The position numbers were made by a program, and so were the translations under genes. Under the pieces are notes generated by a model. That model worked only from the letters and a program-made list of their open reading frames with translations. It was not told the origin of the DNA and made no database searches. DNA of 64,000 nucleotides from NCBI GenBank assembly GCA_041662125.1, contig JBAZTA010000002.1:204154-268153 (forward strand). The letters run 5' to 3'. Source of the DNA: Candidatus Omnitrophota bacterium (GTDB lineage Bacteria; Omnitrophota; Gorgyraeia; Gygaellales; Profunditerraquicolaceae). Shown here piece after piece: positions 44,994 through 55,727 of this stretch (positions are counted from its first letter, which is position 1; each line of letters begins with the position of its first letter).

Positions 44994-46571
44994 ATGTCAA
45001 CAGGCAAATCGAACCAAACAGATTCTTGTCGCAGTATCGCGCAATCAGCAGGCGTTATCAGTATCGCTACGCTTTGTTCGCGCCTCCTGGGTTTCGTGCG
45101 GGATATGACCATCGCGCGGCTGTTTGGTGTTTATCTGTACGCGCAGGCGTTTGTGGTCGCTTTTAAGATCCCCAACTTGTTCCGCGATCTATTGGGGGAA
45201 GGAGCGGCAAACGCGGCTTTTGTTCCGGTTTTTAGCGAATATTCGGCCAAGCATACTCAAGAAGAGTTTTGGGAACTGGCGAATATCGTTTTAAACCTGT
45301 TGTTGGTTATCCTTGCAACAGTAACGATAGTGGGGATACTTTTTGCTCCTCTTGTGGTCCGTTTGATCGCCCCCGGGTTTTGCGCTTCTCCTGAGAAGCT
45401 TGCGGCGACGATCCGTTTGACGCAGATCATATTCCCGTATGTTTTATTGATCAGTTTGACCGCGTACGCGGGAAGTTTATTGAATACGCTTAGGCATTTC
45501 ACAGTGCCTGCGTTTGCTCCCTGCCTGTTGAATATTTCTATTATTGTATGCGCGCTTCTCTGGGGAGAAGGGATCCGGGGCCTGGCAACCGGTGTTTTGG
45601 CCGGAGGACTGTTACAACTTGCGGTTCAACTGCCTGTTTTATATAAAAAAGGGTTTCGCTTAAAAAGGGTCAATCAATTCCGGCATCCCGCGATAAAAAC
45701 ACTGGGCAGGTTAATGCTGCCTCGTCTTTTAAGTTCCGGCATTTATCAGTTAAATAATTTTGTCGATACTATTTTTGGTTCGCTGATATGGATCGTGGGG
45801 GAGGGGGGTGTCGCGGTCCTTTATTTTTCCTATAGGTTGGTTCAATTCCCGTTAGGCCTTTTCAGCAACGCTTTGTCACAGGCACTTTTACCGGCATTAT
45901 CTACTCATGCCTTGGAAGATAGTCATGAACATCTTAAGAGGACCCTTACGTGGGGGCTGCGTTCGACGTTTTTTGTCATGATCCCCGCTTCAGTTGCGTT
46001 CATGGCCTTGAATGTGCCTATTGTTTTAACGATCTTTGGAGGCGGCAGGTTTGACCCGAAGGCTGCGCAGGTGACGGCGCAAGCGCTTTTCTATTATAGT
46101 ATCGGCTTATCGGCATATGGGGGGACTAAGATCTTGCAATCATGTTTCTTTGCGTTAAAGGATACGCTGACTTCAGCGAAAATTGCCGTTTTAGCGTTGA
46201 TCATTAACGTTGTCTTAAATTCTTTATTGATGTTTCCTCTTAAGATCGGCGGGATTGCTTTGGCGACTTCCATTTCCGGAATAATTAGTTTTCTGGTATT
46301 GTTTTATAAGCTTAAACAACGGCTTGGAGATTTTAAGGTAAAAGAGATCTTTTTTTCGTTCCTGCGGATACTCGCAGCCAGTGTTTGTATGGGGCTGGCC
46401 TGTTATTACGCGGTTACGCAGAGTAAGGATTTCGCCACAAGCAGTCTTTTACAGGTTGTCCGGTTAGTGCTCTTGATCCTGTTAGGTGTTTGTTCTTATA
46501 TTTTGTTTTGCATGCTGTTTCGGGTTTCTGAAATGTGGGATTTGGGAAAGTGGATTGCGCGGAAAAAATAG
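44994..46571 (+). CDS. murJ: lipid II flippase MurJ (MviN)
   Basis: SRLLGFVRD N-terminal motif, 14 TM helices, 525 aa. Confidence 0.9.
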   Translation: MSTGKSNQTDSCRSIAQSAGVISIATLCSRLLGFVRDMTIARLFGVYLYAQAFVVAFKIPNLFRDLLGEGAANAAFVPVFSEYSAKHTQEEFWELANIVLNLLLVILATVTIVGILFAPLVVRLIAPGFCASPEKLAATIRLTQIIFPYVLLISLTAYAGSLLNTLRHFTVPAFAPCLLNISIIVCALLWGEGIRGLATGVLAGGLLQLAVQLPVLYKKGFRLKRVNQFRHPAIKTLGRLMLPRLLSSGIYQLNNFVDTIFGSLIWIVGEGGVAVLYFSYRLVQFPLGLFSNALSQALLPALSTHALEDSHEHLKRTLTWGLRSTFFVMIPASVAFMALNVPIVLTIFGGGRFDPKAAQVTAQALFYYSIGLSAYGGTKILQSCFFALKDTLTSAKIAVLALIINVVLNSLLMFPLKIGGIALATSISGIISFLVLFYKLKQRLGDFKVKEIFFSFLRILAASVCMGLACYYAVTQSKDFATSSLLQVVRLVLLILLGVCSYILFCMLFRVSEMWDLGKWIARKK

Positions 46572-46573
46572 TT

Positions 46574-47815
46574 ATGCTTACCTTAAAAGATAAAATAGCT
46601 CAGCTACCCGATGCCTCCGGGGTGTATTTTTTTAAGGATAAGGGCGGAACTATTATTTATATCGGCAAAGCTAAGTCGCTGAAGAAACGGGTGCAGTCGT
46701 ATTTCAGCCGTTTGCTTGATTCTAAAACTCAAGCTTTGGTTTCCAAGGCCGCTGATGTAGAATATAGATTGACTGATACTGAAAGCCAGGCGCAGATTTT
46801 AGAAGCGGCATTGATCAAAGAAAACCTGCCGCATTATAATATTGATTTAAAAGACGACAAATCTTTTCCCTGGATCCGTATCTCTGATGAAGCGTTTCCT
46901 GTTGTTTCCATATATCGCCGGAAAAAACTCCCCCTTGATGATACGTCCGCGTATTTCGGCCCTTATACGGATGTCAAATCTTTACGGCAGGCGATAAAGC
47001 TTATCCGCAAAGTCTTTGGTTTTCGCTCCTGTAAACAATTATCGTCGCAGGCCTGCCTGTATCATCGTATCAAGCTTTGCCCTGCTCCTTGTATTGGCGC
47101 CATAAGCCGCCGCGCGTACCGGGAAAACATCAGGGAAATTGAGATGTTCCTGGAATCGCGCTATGATGCATTGATTGGCCGGTTATCTCTTGAGATGAAA
47201 AAGGCGGCGTCAGAAAAACGTTTTGAAGATGCTGCCGCTCTTCGGGATAAGATACAGGCTTTAGGCTCAATCGGCGGGAACCAGACAGGTTTTAACCGTA
47301 AGGCCGAATTAGGGGATTTACGGGATCTTCTTGCTTTGGATGTTTTACCTGCGCGTATTGAGGCATTTGACATTTCAAATATTTCCGGACAACAGGCAAC
47401 AGGGTCATGCGTGAGTTTTTATAACGGGAATCCCGATAAAAATAATTACCGCAGGTTCCGTATTAAGACAGTCAAAAATATTGACGATTATGCAATGTTG
47501 CGGGAAGTCCTGTTCCGGAGATATTCCCGCTTGAAAAGGGAAAATGCTCCTTTGCCTGACCTGGTCCTTATTGATGGCGGAAGGGGGCATATAGTGGCCG
47601 CCGGAACGGTGATGAAAGAATTAGGAATTACCGTGCCGTTAGTAAGTATTGCCAAGCAGCAGGAGAACATATATACTATAGCAAGAACGTATCCCATAAG
47701 ATTCAAAGAAGATACGCCGGCATTGAATTTGATCCGCAGGGTCAGGGATGAAGCGCATCGTTTCGCGGTCGCCTATCATCACCTGTTGCGCAGGAAGAAG
47801 GTTATAGGGAAATAG
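46574..47815 (+). CDS. uvrC: excinuclease ABC subunit C-like (GIY-YIG + UVR + RNase H-like endonuclease domains; no HhH tail)
   Basis: GVYFFKDKGGTIIYIGKAKSLKKRVQSYF GIY-YIG; AAALRDKIQAL UVR motif; LVLIDGGRGH C-terminal nuclease motif. Confidence 0.75.
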   Translation: MLTLKDKIAQLPDASGVYFFKDKGGTIIYIGKAKSLKKRVQSYFSRLLDSKTQALVSKAADVEYRLTDTESQAQILEAALIKENLPHYNIDLKDDKSFPWIRISDEAFPVVSIYRRKKLPLDDTSAYFGPYTDVKSLRQAIKLIRKVFGFRSCKQLSSQACLYHRIKLCPAPCIGAISRRAYRENIREIEMFLESRYDALIGRLSLEMKKAASEKRFEDAAALRDKIQALGSIGGNQTGFNRKAELGDLRDLLALDVLPARIEAFDISNISGQQATGSCVSFYNGNPDKNNYRRFRIKTVKNIDDYAMLREVLFRRYSRLKRENAPLPDLVLIDGGRGHIVAAGTVMKELGITVPLVSIAKQQENIYTIARTYPIRFKEDTPALNLIRRVRDEAHRFAVAYHHLLRRKKVIGK

Positions 47816-47818
47816 TAG

Positions 47819-48097
47819 ATGACTGCGTTCGCCAAAAAAGTTTACAAAGCGGTTTTGAGCATTCCGTTAGGAGAAGTGCGTTCCTATCAATGGGTGGCGC
47901 GAAGGATCGGCCATCCCCGCGCCTGCCGCGCGGTTGGAGGAGCCCTTAAAAGAAATCCATATCCGCTTATTATTCCCTGCCATCGTGTAATCGCTGGCAA
48001 TGGCAAACCGGGAGGTTATTCCGGAGGGCTTAAGAAGAAAATGCTCCTGCTTGAGCTTGAAAGAAAGATTAAAATATGTCTGGAGAACAAAAGATAA
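47819..48097 (+). CDS. ogt: methylated-DNA-protein-cysteine methyltransferase DNA-binding domain protein
   Basis: PCHRVI active-site motif; 92 aa (C-terminal domain only). Confidence 0.8.
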   Translation: MTAFAKKVYKAVLSIPLGEVRSYQWVARRIGHPRACRAVGGALKRNPYPLIIPCHRVIAGNGKPGGYSGGLKKKMLLLELERKIKICLENKR

Positions 48098-49065
48098 GGT
48101 CGGCTCTCTATTATTTAAGTGTTTTTATTTTCCTGGTTGGTTTGCCTTTTATCATATCATTTGCCCTCGGCTATAAATTCGACCGCAGAAGCTTTAAATT
48201 CACAAAAACCGGTTTGATCCTTATCAAAACGCAGCCGTCAGGGGCGAGTGTTTTCTTTGATAATATGTTATTGGGTGATAAGACCCCTGTGACGATAAAC
48301 GAACTTTTGCCGGGGACGTATGCTATACGGATGGAGTTGTCCGGGCATTATCCGTATTTTAGCAATGTAACGGTAGAAGAGGGGAAGGTAACGCGTTTAG
48401 AAAAGGTTATTTTGTTCCCGCTTCGGGCGGATGTAAAAAAGCTCAATAAAGAAGTTGTAACGTATTTCTTTATCGATGAACCCAAAGGCGCGGTGTATTA
48501 TGTCAATGATGATGAGCGCAGTGTCTATAAATCTGATATGGATGGCACCCATTTTGATAAAATCGCTGATTTTCAGGCGATTTTTCCTGTTCCAAAGAAG
48601 TGGAAACATTCTCCGGACAGGGAAAAATTATTATATTATAATACGAACCAGATAGGAATAGTTACTGTTTCGGCTGGAGATAAATTACTTTCCGGCCAGG
48701 AACAGCCGTTTATTATTAATTATGCCCCCGGGGGGATTATCGAGGCGTATTGGCATTCTGATAGCTATCATATTGTGCTGGTTACCTATTCAAAGATTGA
48801 AATAGTAGAGGCTAAAACAAATTCGATCCCTGTCCCTATCATTAACCTCAATAAGCGCAATACATCCAGTTTTTATGATCTGCGGGCCGATACAGTGTAT
48901 TTTCTTGACTCTCAGAAGGCCAATGATGGTTTGTTCTACGATAACGTGTATAAGCTGGAACTTAATGCGAAGCTTTATCCGTTCCAGGAGTTTATGAAGT
49001 TAGCGCCGACATTTGAAAAAGCAGGGGTAAAACAGTATGAAAAAGAATCAAAGGATCAACCGTAA
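48076..49065 (+). CDS. PEGA-domain membrane protein
   Basis: TM anchor then PEGA-like beta motif (IKTQPSGASVFFDNMLLGDKTPVTINELLPGTYAIRME). Confidence 0.55.
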   Translation: MSGEQKIRSALYYLSVFIFLVGLPFIISFALGYKFDRRSFKFTKTGLILIKTQPSGASVFFDNMLLGDKTPVTINELLPGTYAIRMELSGHYPYFSNVTVEEGKVTRLEKVILFPLRADVKKLNKEVVTYFFIDEPKGAVYYVNDDERSVYKSDMDGTHFDKIADFQAIFPVPKKWKHSPDREKLLYYNTNQIGIVTVSAGDKLLSGQEQPFIINYAPGGIIEAYWHSDSYHIVLVTYSKIEIVEAKTNSIPVPIINLNKRNTSSFYDLRADTVYFLDSQKANDGLFYDNVYKLELNAKLYPFQEFMKLAPTFEKAGVKQYEKESKDQP

Positions 49066-50530
49066 CCTGGAAATTCTTCCCGGCGCTCTTTCCTGGGGGA
49101 TACTTATTTTTCTCGTCGCTTTAGCTATTTGGCAGCCGGTCGCCTGTGCTATTGTGATCATTATCTTTGATTTCTATTGGATCATCCGCACCATTTATTT
49201 GACTACGTTGTTAGTTATGGCATACCGTAAATTAGCGCTGCAGAAAAATATTGATTGGATGGCCCTGTGTTCCCGCCTTCGTCCGAACAACCGCTGGAAA
49301 CAGGTCTATCATCTGGTTATTTTTCCCGTATATAAAGAGGGGCTGGATATTTTACGGCCTTCTTTAGAAGCATTGAAGCAAAGCCATTATCAAAAAGAAA
49401 GAATAATTGTGGTTATGGCGTTTGAGCAGAGGCATCTTCCGGCAAAGGAGTATGCTTGTGTTTTGGAAAAAGAATTCAAACCGGTTTTTGGCGATTATGT
49501 TTCGACGTTCCATCCTGATAATCTCCCGGGAGAAAAACGGACCAAAGGGGCAAATGCTACCTGGGCCGCGCGGCAGGCGCATGATCTGCTGCTTCAGAAA
49601 GGTATCGCCTTTGAAAATGTTATTATTTCCTGTTTTGACGCGGATACCTGCGTTAATAAAGAATATTTTGGCTGCCTGGCGTATCATTTTCTGACGTATC
49701 CTAAGCCGCATCAGGCAAGTTACCAGCCGATCCCGGTGTATAATAATAATATTTGGTATGCCCCGTCGTTTGCCCGCCTGGTGGAAGTCAGCGCTTCGTT
49801 TTGCCAGATGATCGAGAGTATGCGCCTGGAGAAATTTGTCACCTTTTCAAGCCATAGTATGAGTTTTAAGACCCTGGTTGATATCGATTATTGGCCGGTA
49901 GATATGGTCTCGGATGATTCCGTGGTTTACTGGAAAGCATTTTTGTTCTATAAGGGCGATTATCAGGTTGTGCCGTTGTATACGACGGTTTCCATGGATA
50001 TCGCTTATAGCAATACATTTATTAAGACTTTGGTAGTCCAATATAAACAGAAGCGCCGGTGGGCTTGGGGTATTGAGAATTTTCCGTTTGTGGTCAGCCG
50101 GTTTTTGAATGATTGGGAGATCCCTCTGGGACGCAAACTTAAGCGAAGCTTCCATCTTTTGGAAAGCCATGTTACCTGGGCGGTCTGGGCAATTATCATC
50201 GCGGTTATCGCCCCGCTTCCTATCCTGTGGGGCGGAGTTTTCTTTACCGAGATGCCGATAAGTTATAACCTGCCTAAGATCACCGGGATGCTGCTTAATT
50301 TTACCTTGGGAACAAGCCTGGTTTGGATCGTCTTAAGCAGGATAATCTTGCCTGCTCGGCCTAAAGATGTATCCTGGTTTAAAAATGTCATCATGCTCCT
50401 GGAATGGGTTATTGTTCCGTTTATTATATTCTTTTTGGGTTCCACTCCCGCGTTGGACGCGCAAACGCGGCTTATGCTGGGAAAGTATATGGAATTTTCT
50501 CCTACTGAAAAGAGCAGGAAAGTGGTATAA
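49037..50530 (+). CDS. membrane-embedded processive family-2 glycosyltransferase
   Basis: D, DAD (DxD) and Q(Y)KQKRRW (QxxRW) motifs; flanking TM helices. Confidence 0.7.
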   Translation: MKKNQRINRNLEILPGALSWGILIFLVALAIWQPVACAIVIIIFDFYWIIRTIYLTTLLVMAYRKLALQKNIDWMALCSRLRPNNRWKQVYHLVIFPVYKEGLDILRPSLEALKQSHYQKERIIVVMAFEQRHLPAKEYACVLEKEFKPVFGDYVSTFHPDNLPGEKRTKGANATWAARQAHDLLLQKGIAFENVIISCFDADTCVNKEYFGCLAYHFLTYPKPHQASYQPIPVYNNNIWYAPSFARLVEVSASFCQMIESMRLEKFVTFSSHSMSFKTLVDIDYWPVDMVSDDSVVYWKAFLFYKGDYQVVPLYTTVSMDIAYSNTFIKTLVVQYKQKRRWAWGIENFPFVVSRFLNDWEIPLGRKLKRSFHLLESHVTWAVWAIIIAVIAPLPILWGGVFFTEMPISYNLPKITGMLLNFTLGTSLVWIVLSRIILPARPKDVSWFKNVIMLLEWVIVPFIIFFLGSTPALDAQTRLMLGKYMEFSPTEKSRKVV

Positions 50531-50567
50531 TAAACTGAGTTTATCAAGATAGAGAGGGGACGAGCTC

Positions 50568-51641
50568 ATGAAAATTAAGGATTGCCTGCGAATAATGGTT
50601 GAGAAGAATGCGTCGGATCTATTCTACCGCCCGCGCGGGGCGGTGCGCATGCGTATTAACGGCAAGGTTGTTTCTGTCGCGGATGAGATCCTGACAATCG
50701 ATGATGTTAACCGGGTGCTGGTTGACCTGGCTACTGATGAACAGAAAGAGTTTTTTAAGAAGAATTTGGATGTTGATTTCGCCTATTATTCCGCTGAGCT
50801 CAACCGCCGTTTCCGCGTCAGTATCTTTATGCAGCGTAATACTCCGTCGGTAGTTGTGCGTAATATTTCTCCGGTTATCGAAACGTTGGAAAACTTAAAT
50901 CTGCCGGCAGAAGTGATCAGGAAATTGACCATGGAGAATCGGGGTTTTATCCTCTTGACCGGCACTATGGGATCAGGCAAATCAACAACCATTGCCAGTA
51001 TGATCGAGCATATTAATGTTAATGCGCAAAAACACATTTTAACGCTCGAGGAGCCGATCGAGTTTACCTTTAAAGATAAACGTTCTATTATTAATCAGAG
51101 GGAGATCGGTAAAGATACTTTTTCGTATCCGGTTGCCCTTCGAGCTTTTACCCTGCAGAGTCCTGATGTTATCTATATCGCTAATATCCGTGACTATGAA
51201 ACCATGTCTTCGGCTTTGATCAGCGCTGAAACCGGGGTATTGGTCTTAAGTACTTTACATACGATCAACGCGCCGCAAACCGTTGAGCGTATTATTAATT
51301 TTTTTCCGCCGCATCAGCATCAGCAGATACGCACTCAGTTAGCCCAGTTGCTCAAGGGTGTTATTTCATTGCGCCTGGTGCCGGCCAAAGACGGTACGGG
51401 CCGCCTCCCCGCGTATGAGATCATGCTTTTGACTCCGACGATAAGCCGTCTGATCAGGGAAGGTAAAGTCTGGGAGATGCATCAGTATATAGAAGAGGGC
51501 GGGATATTCGGAATGATGTCGTTTGACCAATGTTTGATCAAACTTGTCCAGGAAGACAAAATCACAGAAGAAGAAGCGATGAATTACGCGGATAATAAAG
51601 ATGAATTTATCCTTGGACTGAGAGGCATTAAAAAGACGTAA
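50568..51641 (+). CDS. pilT: type IV pilus retraction ATPase PilT
   Basis: Walker A GTMGSGKSTT, Asp box, Walker B, His box of PilT/GspE secretion ATPases; 357 aa. Confidence 0.85.
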   Translation: MKIKDCLRIMVEKNASDLFYRPRGAVRMRINGKVVSVADEILTIDDVNRVLVDLATDEQKEFFKKNLDVDFAYYSAELNRRFRVSIFMQRNTPSVVVRNISPVIETLENLNLPAEVIRKLTMENRGFILLTGTMGSGKSTTIASMIEHINVNAQKHILTLEEPIEFTFKDKRSIINQREIGKDTFSYPVALRAFTLQSPDVIYIANIRDYETMSSALISAETGVLVLSTLHTINAPQTVERIINFFPPHQHQQIRTQLAQLLKGVISLRLVPAKDGTGRLPAYEIMLLTPTISRLIREGKVWEMHQYIEEGGIFGMMSFDQCLIKLVQEDKITEEEAMNYADNKDEFILGLRGIKKT

Positions 51642-51667
51642 TTAAGTTAATAAAGGGAGGTTGTTCT

Positions 51668-52766
51668 ATGCTCGCGGATATCAAATCAAAGGTTCTCTCA
51701 ATACATGCTCACCTGCAGCAACTCAGAGGTTATCTTTGACATAGATGCAAAGAATAAACAGATAGAGGATTTCTCGCGCCAAATGTCTGATGCCGGGTTT
51801 TGGAATGACAGCGAGCTTTCTGCTTCGGTGGTCAAACAATTAAAATGCGTAAAACTTGCCGTTGAACCCTGGGAAACCTCCTGGAAGAAATATCTTGAGT
51901 TAAAAGAGCTTTCCGATATTCTCACCGGTGACGAACAGGAATTGATGCTTGAAGTAGAGAAAAATGTTGCTCTTCTGCAGCAAGACCTTGAGAAGCTCGA
52001 ATTCACTACGATCCTTAACGGGGAATTTGATAAGAATAACGCTATTTTGAGCATTAATGCCGGAGCAGGAGGCACAGAATCCTGCGATTGGGTAGAGATG
52101 CTGTTTCGCATGTATACCCGCTTTGCCGAGTCAAAAAAATATGCGGTGAAGACTATCGATGTTTTGTTCGGGGAAGAAGCCGGCATTAAGAATGTGACGG
52201 TTTTTATAGAAGGTCCGTATGCCTACGGCTACCTCAAGGCAGAACGCGGGGTGCACCGCCTGGTTCGTATTTCTCCTTTTGATTCCAACAAACGCCGCCA
52301 TACTACTTTTGCGTCTGTGGATGTCATACCGGAAGTCGAGGGAGATATCGAGGTTAAGATCGAAGAGAAGGACCTCACGGTTGATACCTTCCGTGCTTCA
52401 GGCCCCGGCGGCCAGCATATGCAAAAGACCGACAGCGCCGTCAGGATCACCCATCTTCCCAGCGGGATCGTGGTGGCGTGCCAGAATGAGCGGTCCCAGC
52501 ATCAAAATAAGCAAAATGCATTAAAGATATTAAAAGCCAGGCTTTATGAGTTAGAGCAGGAAAAAAAAGACCAGGAAATATCAAAACAGGCTGCCACAAA
52601 AAAGAAGATCGAGTGGGGCAGTCAGATCCGTTCATATGTCATGCATCCCTATACCATGGTTAAAGACCATCGTACTGGCTATGAAACCGGAAATGTCCAG
52701 GCAGTTATGGATGGGCAGTTAGGCGAATTTATCGAGGCATACCTTAAATTACAGAAAACCAGATGA
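51668..52766 (+). CDS. prfB: peptide chain release factor 2 with programmed +1 frameshift at CTT TGA C (51734-51740)
   Basis: Frame 0 ATG 51668 (SD gggagg) encodes 23 aa ending ...GYL then in-frame TGA 51737-51739; +1 frame continues DIDAKNK...; SPF and GGQ motifs downstream. Confidence 0.9.
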
Positions 52767-52811
52767 ACTTAAAGATAGCAGTATTGAAAATAATGATAAG
52801 GAGTAATCACG

Positions 52812-55727
52812 ATGTTAGGGTTTATTAAGCATACGATCTTGTCGCACAAAGAGAATTCGATCAAGCGCCGTTATCCCGGCGTCAGTATCGTTTTACATGA
52901 CGAAATGCCGTTATCTTCGGCTGATACCGTGGTTGAAGCGGCAGCGATCGTTGATAAGATCAATGCGCTTGAGCCGGAGATCAAAAAGTTGTCCGACCAG
53001 CAATTGCGGGATAAAACACTTGAATTTAAATCAAAAGTTTTAAAAGAGGCAGCCCGCTATGAGCCGGTGCTTGTTGATTTAAGAGATTCTTTTCACGCGG
53101 CGACCATCCCTGAAGATAAAGATAAGGTCAAGGATAAGATAAAGGCGGTGCGTAATAAAGTCTTTGCGGCTATTTTGCCTGAAACGTTTGCCGTGGTCAG
53201 GGAAGCTTCTGTCCGCGCCATTGGATTGCGCCATTTTGACGTGCAGCTTGTCGGAGGGATCGTTTTACATGAGGGAAAGATCGCCGAGATGGCAACAGGA
53301 GAAGGAAAAACTCTTGTAGCGACTCTTGCCGCGTACCTTAACGCTCTTCTGGGGCAGGGTGTGCATATCGTGACGGTCAACGACTATTTAGCTAAACGTG
53401 ACCGGGAATGGATGGGGCCTATCTATGAATTCCTGGGTTTGAGCGTCGGGGTCATTCAGCATGATATGTCTGATGAGCAGCGTAAAGCCGCCTATGGCTG
53501 TGACATTACCTATGGCACCAATAATGAGTTCGGCTTTGATTATTTGCGCGATAATATGAAGTATTCGCTCACTGACCTGGTGCAGCGGAATTATTTTTTC
53601 GCCATCGTTGATGAAGTCGATTCGATCCTGGTCGATGAAGCCCGCACTCCTTTGATCATTTCAGGCCCTTCAGAGGATTCCACCGATAAATACTACACCG
53701 CTAAAAAGATAGCCGATCAGCTTAAGGTGCGCCGTATCACCGAGGAAAAGGCCGGAGATAAAGACAGGCGCGATGACCTGAATAAGGGGTTTGATTATAT
53801 CGCTGAGGAAAAAGCTCAGACGGTCGCCCTTACCGATGAGGGAGAAACAAAGGCGGCGCGGCTCTGGGGGATCGATAATTTACACAGTATTGAAACTATC
53901 GAATACCGCCACCACATTATCCAGGCGCTCAGGGCGAAAGAATTTTTTAAAAATGACGTGGAGTATGTTATTAAGGATGGCCAGGTGGTCATCGTGGATG
54001 ATTTTACCGGCAGGCTTATGCCCGGCAGGCGATGGTCAGACGGGTTGCATCAGGCAGTTGAAGCAAAAGAAGGTTTAAAGATCGAACAGGAAAACCAGAC
54101 ATTGGCCACGATCACCTTTCAGAATTATTTCCGCATGTATGAGAAACTTGCCGGTATGACAGGGACGGCAATGACGGAAGCCGCTGAATTCAAGGCGATT
54201 TACCGGCTGGATGTCGTTACTATCCCTACCAATAGAAAATTGATCAGGACGAATTATCCGGACTGTATTTATAAAACCGAGAAAGAAAAGTTCAATGCTG
54301 TTGTGGAAGAGATCGTCGAGCTTTATGCTTCCGGCAAGCCCGTCTTAGTGGGGACTATTTCTATTGATAAGTCAGAGCATCTTGCGGAATTGTTAAAAAG
54401 GAGAGGGATCGCGCATCAGGTTTTAAACGCTAAATACCATGAAATGGAAGCCCAGATCGTGGCTCAGGCAGGAAGGTTTAAGGGCGTGACCATTGCTACT
54501 AATATGGCGGGCCGCGGGACGGATATCCTTTTGGGTGGAAACCCTGATTTTATGGCGAAAACTTTGATGAAACAAAAAATGGTCCCGCAAGACCTTCAGT
54601 ACCAGGAAGAATATAAGAAGGTTTTGAATAAGTTTAAACAAGAAGCTCAGGCTGAACATGAGAAAGTCGTTGGCCGGGGAGGATTGCATGTTTTAGGGAC
54701 CGAGCGCCATGAAGCCCGGCGTATTGATAATCAGCTGCGCGGGCGTTCCGGCAGGCAGGGTGATCCTGGTTCATCGCGGTTTTATGTCAGCCTTGATGAC
54801 GATCTGATGCGTTTATTCGGCTCAGACAGGCTCCTGGGGATCATGGACAAGCTGGGTTTTGAAGAAGGCCAGGTGATTGAACATCCTCTAGTGAGCAAGT
54901 CTATAGAAATCGCTCAGCGACGGCTTGAACAGCATAACTTTGAGATCAGAAAACAACTCTTGGAATATGATAATGTCATGAATAAGCAGCGGGAAGTAAT
55001 TTATGGCCAGCGCCGGGAGATCCTGGAAGGAGTATCTCTGAAGGAAAATATCCTTGAAATTATGGAGAGGATGCTTGATGAGATCATGGCTGTGTATACG
55101 CACGAGCAGTCTAATCCTCAGGAAAATAGTGATGAGGAATTGATGAACGCGTTACGCTTACGGATAGGTTTAGAACTGGATGCTTCGTTTTTAAAAGATA
55201 AGAACAGGGATGCCGTAAGAAAGGATATTTTCGCGAAAATATCGCAAGCCTATGAAGCAAAAGAAAAAACGATAGGGGAGGGCTTAGCCCGCCACCTGGA
55301 ACGCATGGTGTTTTTACAGATCATTGACGGAAAATGGAAGGACCATTTGTACGCGATGGATAAATTGCGTGAGGGTATCGGGCTGCGCGCGTATGGGCAG
55401 CGCGATCCGCTGATAGAATACAAGCGTGAGGCGTACGCGGCTTTTAGTTCCATGTTTTATTCGATCGAGTCGGAGTCGGCTGAGATGATCTTTAAATTAC
55501 AGCCTGCTCCGCCGGAAGCAAAGTTTAAAGAAGTTTTTCATTCCAGCTCTCAGGAGTTGCTGCATCCTGAAGTTTCCCGGAGTAAACAGCCGGCAGGCTC
55601 AGCAGAGGGGGCTGCCCGGCATCAAGCGTCGAGTTCTGCGCCTGGTGTTTCTCAGGCGAAAGTCGGCAGGAATGACCCTTGTCCCTGCGGTTCCGGGAAA
55701 AAATATAAAAAATGCTGCGGACAGTAA
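52812..55727 (+). CDS. secA: preprotein translocase ATPase SecA
   Basis: DEAD-like motor motifs, 971 aa, C-terminal zinc finger CPCGSGKKYKKCCG. Confidence 0.95.
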   Translation: MLGFIKHTILSHKENSIKRRYPGVSIVLHDEMPLSSADTVVEAAAIVDKINALEPEIKKLSDQQLRDKTLEFKSKVLKEAARYEPVLVDLRDSFHAATIPEDKDKVKDKIKAVRNKVFAAILPETFAVVREASVRAIGLRHFDVQLVGGIVLHEGKIAEMATGEGKTLVATLAAYLNALLGQGVHIVTVNDYLAKRDREWMGPIYEFLGLSVGVIQHDMSDEQRKAAYGCDITYGTNNEFGFDYLRDNMKYSLTDLVQRNYFFAIVDEVDSILVDEARTPLIISGPSEDSTDKYYTAKKIADQLKVRRITEEKAGDKDRRDDLNKGFDYIAEEKAQTVALTDEGETKAARLWGIDNLHSIETIEYRHHIIQALRAKEFFKNDVEYVIKDGQVVIVDDFTGRLMPGRRWSDGLHQAVEAKEGLKIEQENQTLATITFQNYFRMYEKLAGMTGTAMTEAAEFKAIYRLDVVTIPTNRKLIRTNYPDCIYKTEKEKFNAVVEEIVELYASGKPVLVGTISIDKSEHLAELLKRRGIAHQVLNAKYHEMEAQIVAQAGRFKGVTIATNMAGRGTDILLGGNPDFMAKTLMKQKMVPQDLQYQEEYKKVLNKFKQEAQAEHEKVVGRGGLHVLGTERHEARRIDNQLRGRSGRQGDPGSSRFYVSLDDDLMRLFGSDRLLGIMDKLGFEEGQVIEHPLVSKSIEIAQRRLEQHNFEIRKQLLEYDNVMNKQREVIYGQRREILEGVSLKENILEIMERMLDEIMAVYTHEQSNPQENSDEELMNALRLRIGLELDASFLKDKNRDAVRKDIFAKISQAYEAKEKTIGEGLARHLERMVFLQIIDGKWKDHLYAMDKLREGIGLRAYGQRDPLIEYKREAYAAFSSMFYSIESESAEMIFKLQPAPPEAKFKEVFHSSSQELLHPEVSRSKQPAGSAEGAARHQASSSAPGVSQAKVGRNDPCPCGSGKKYKKCCGQ

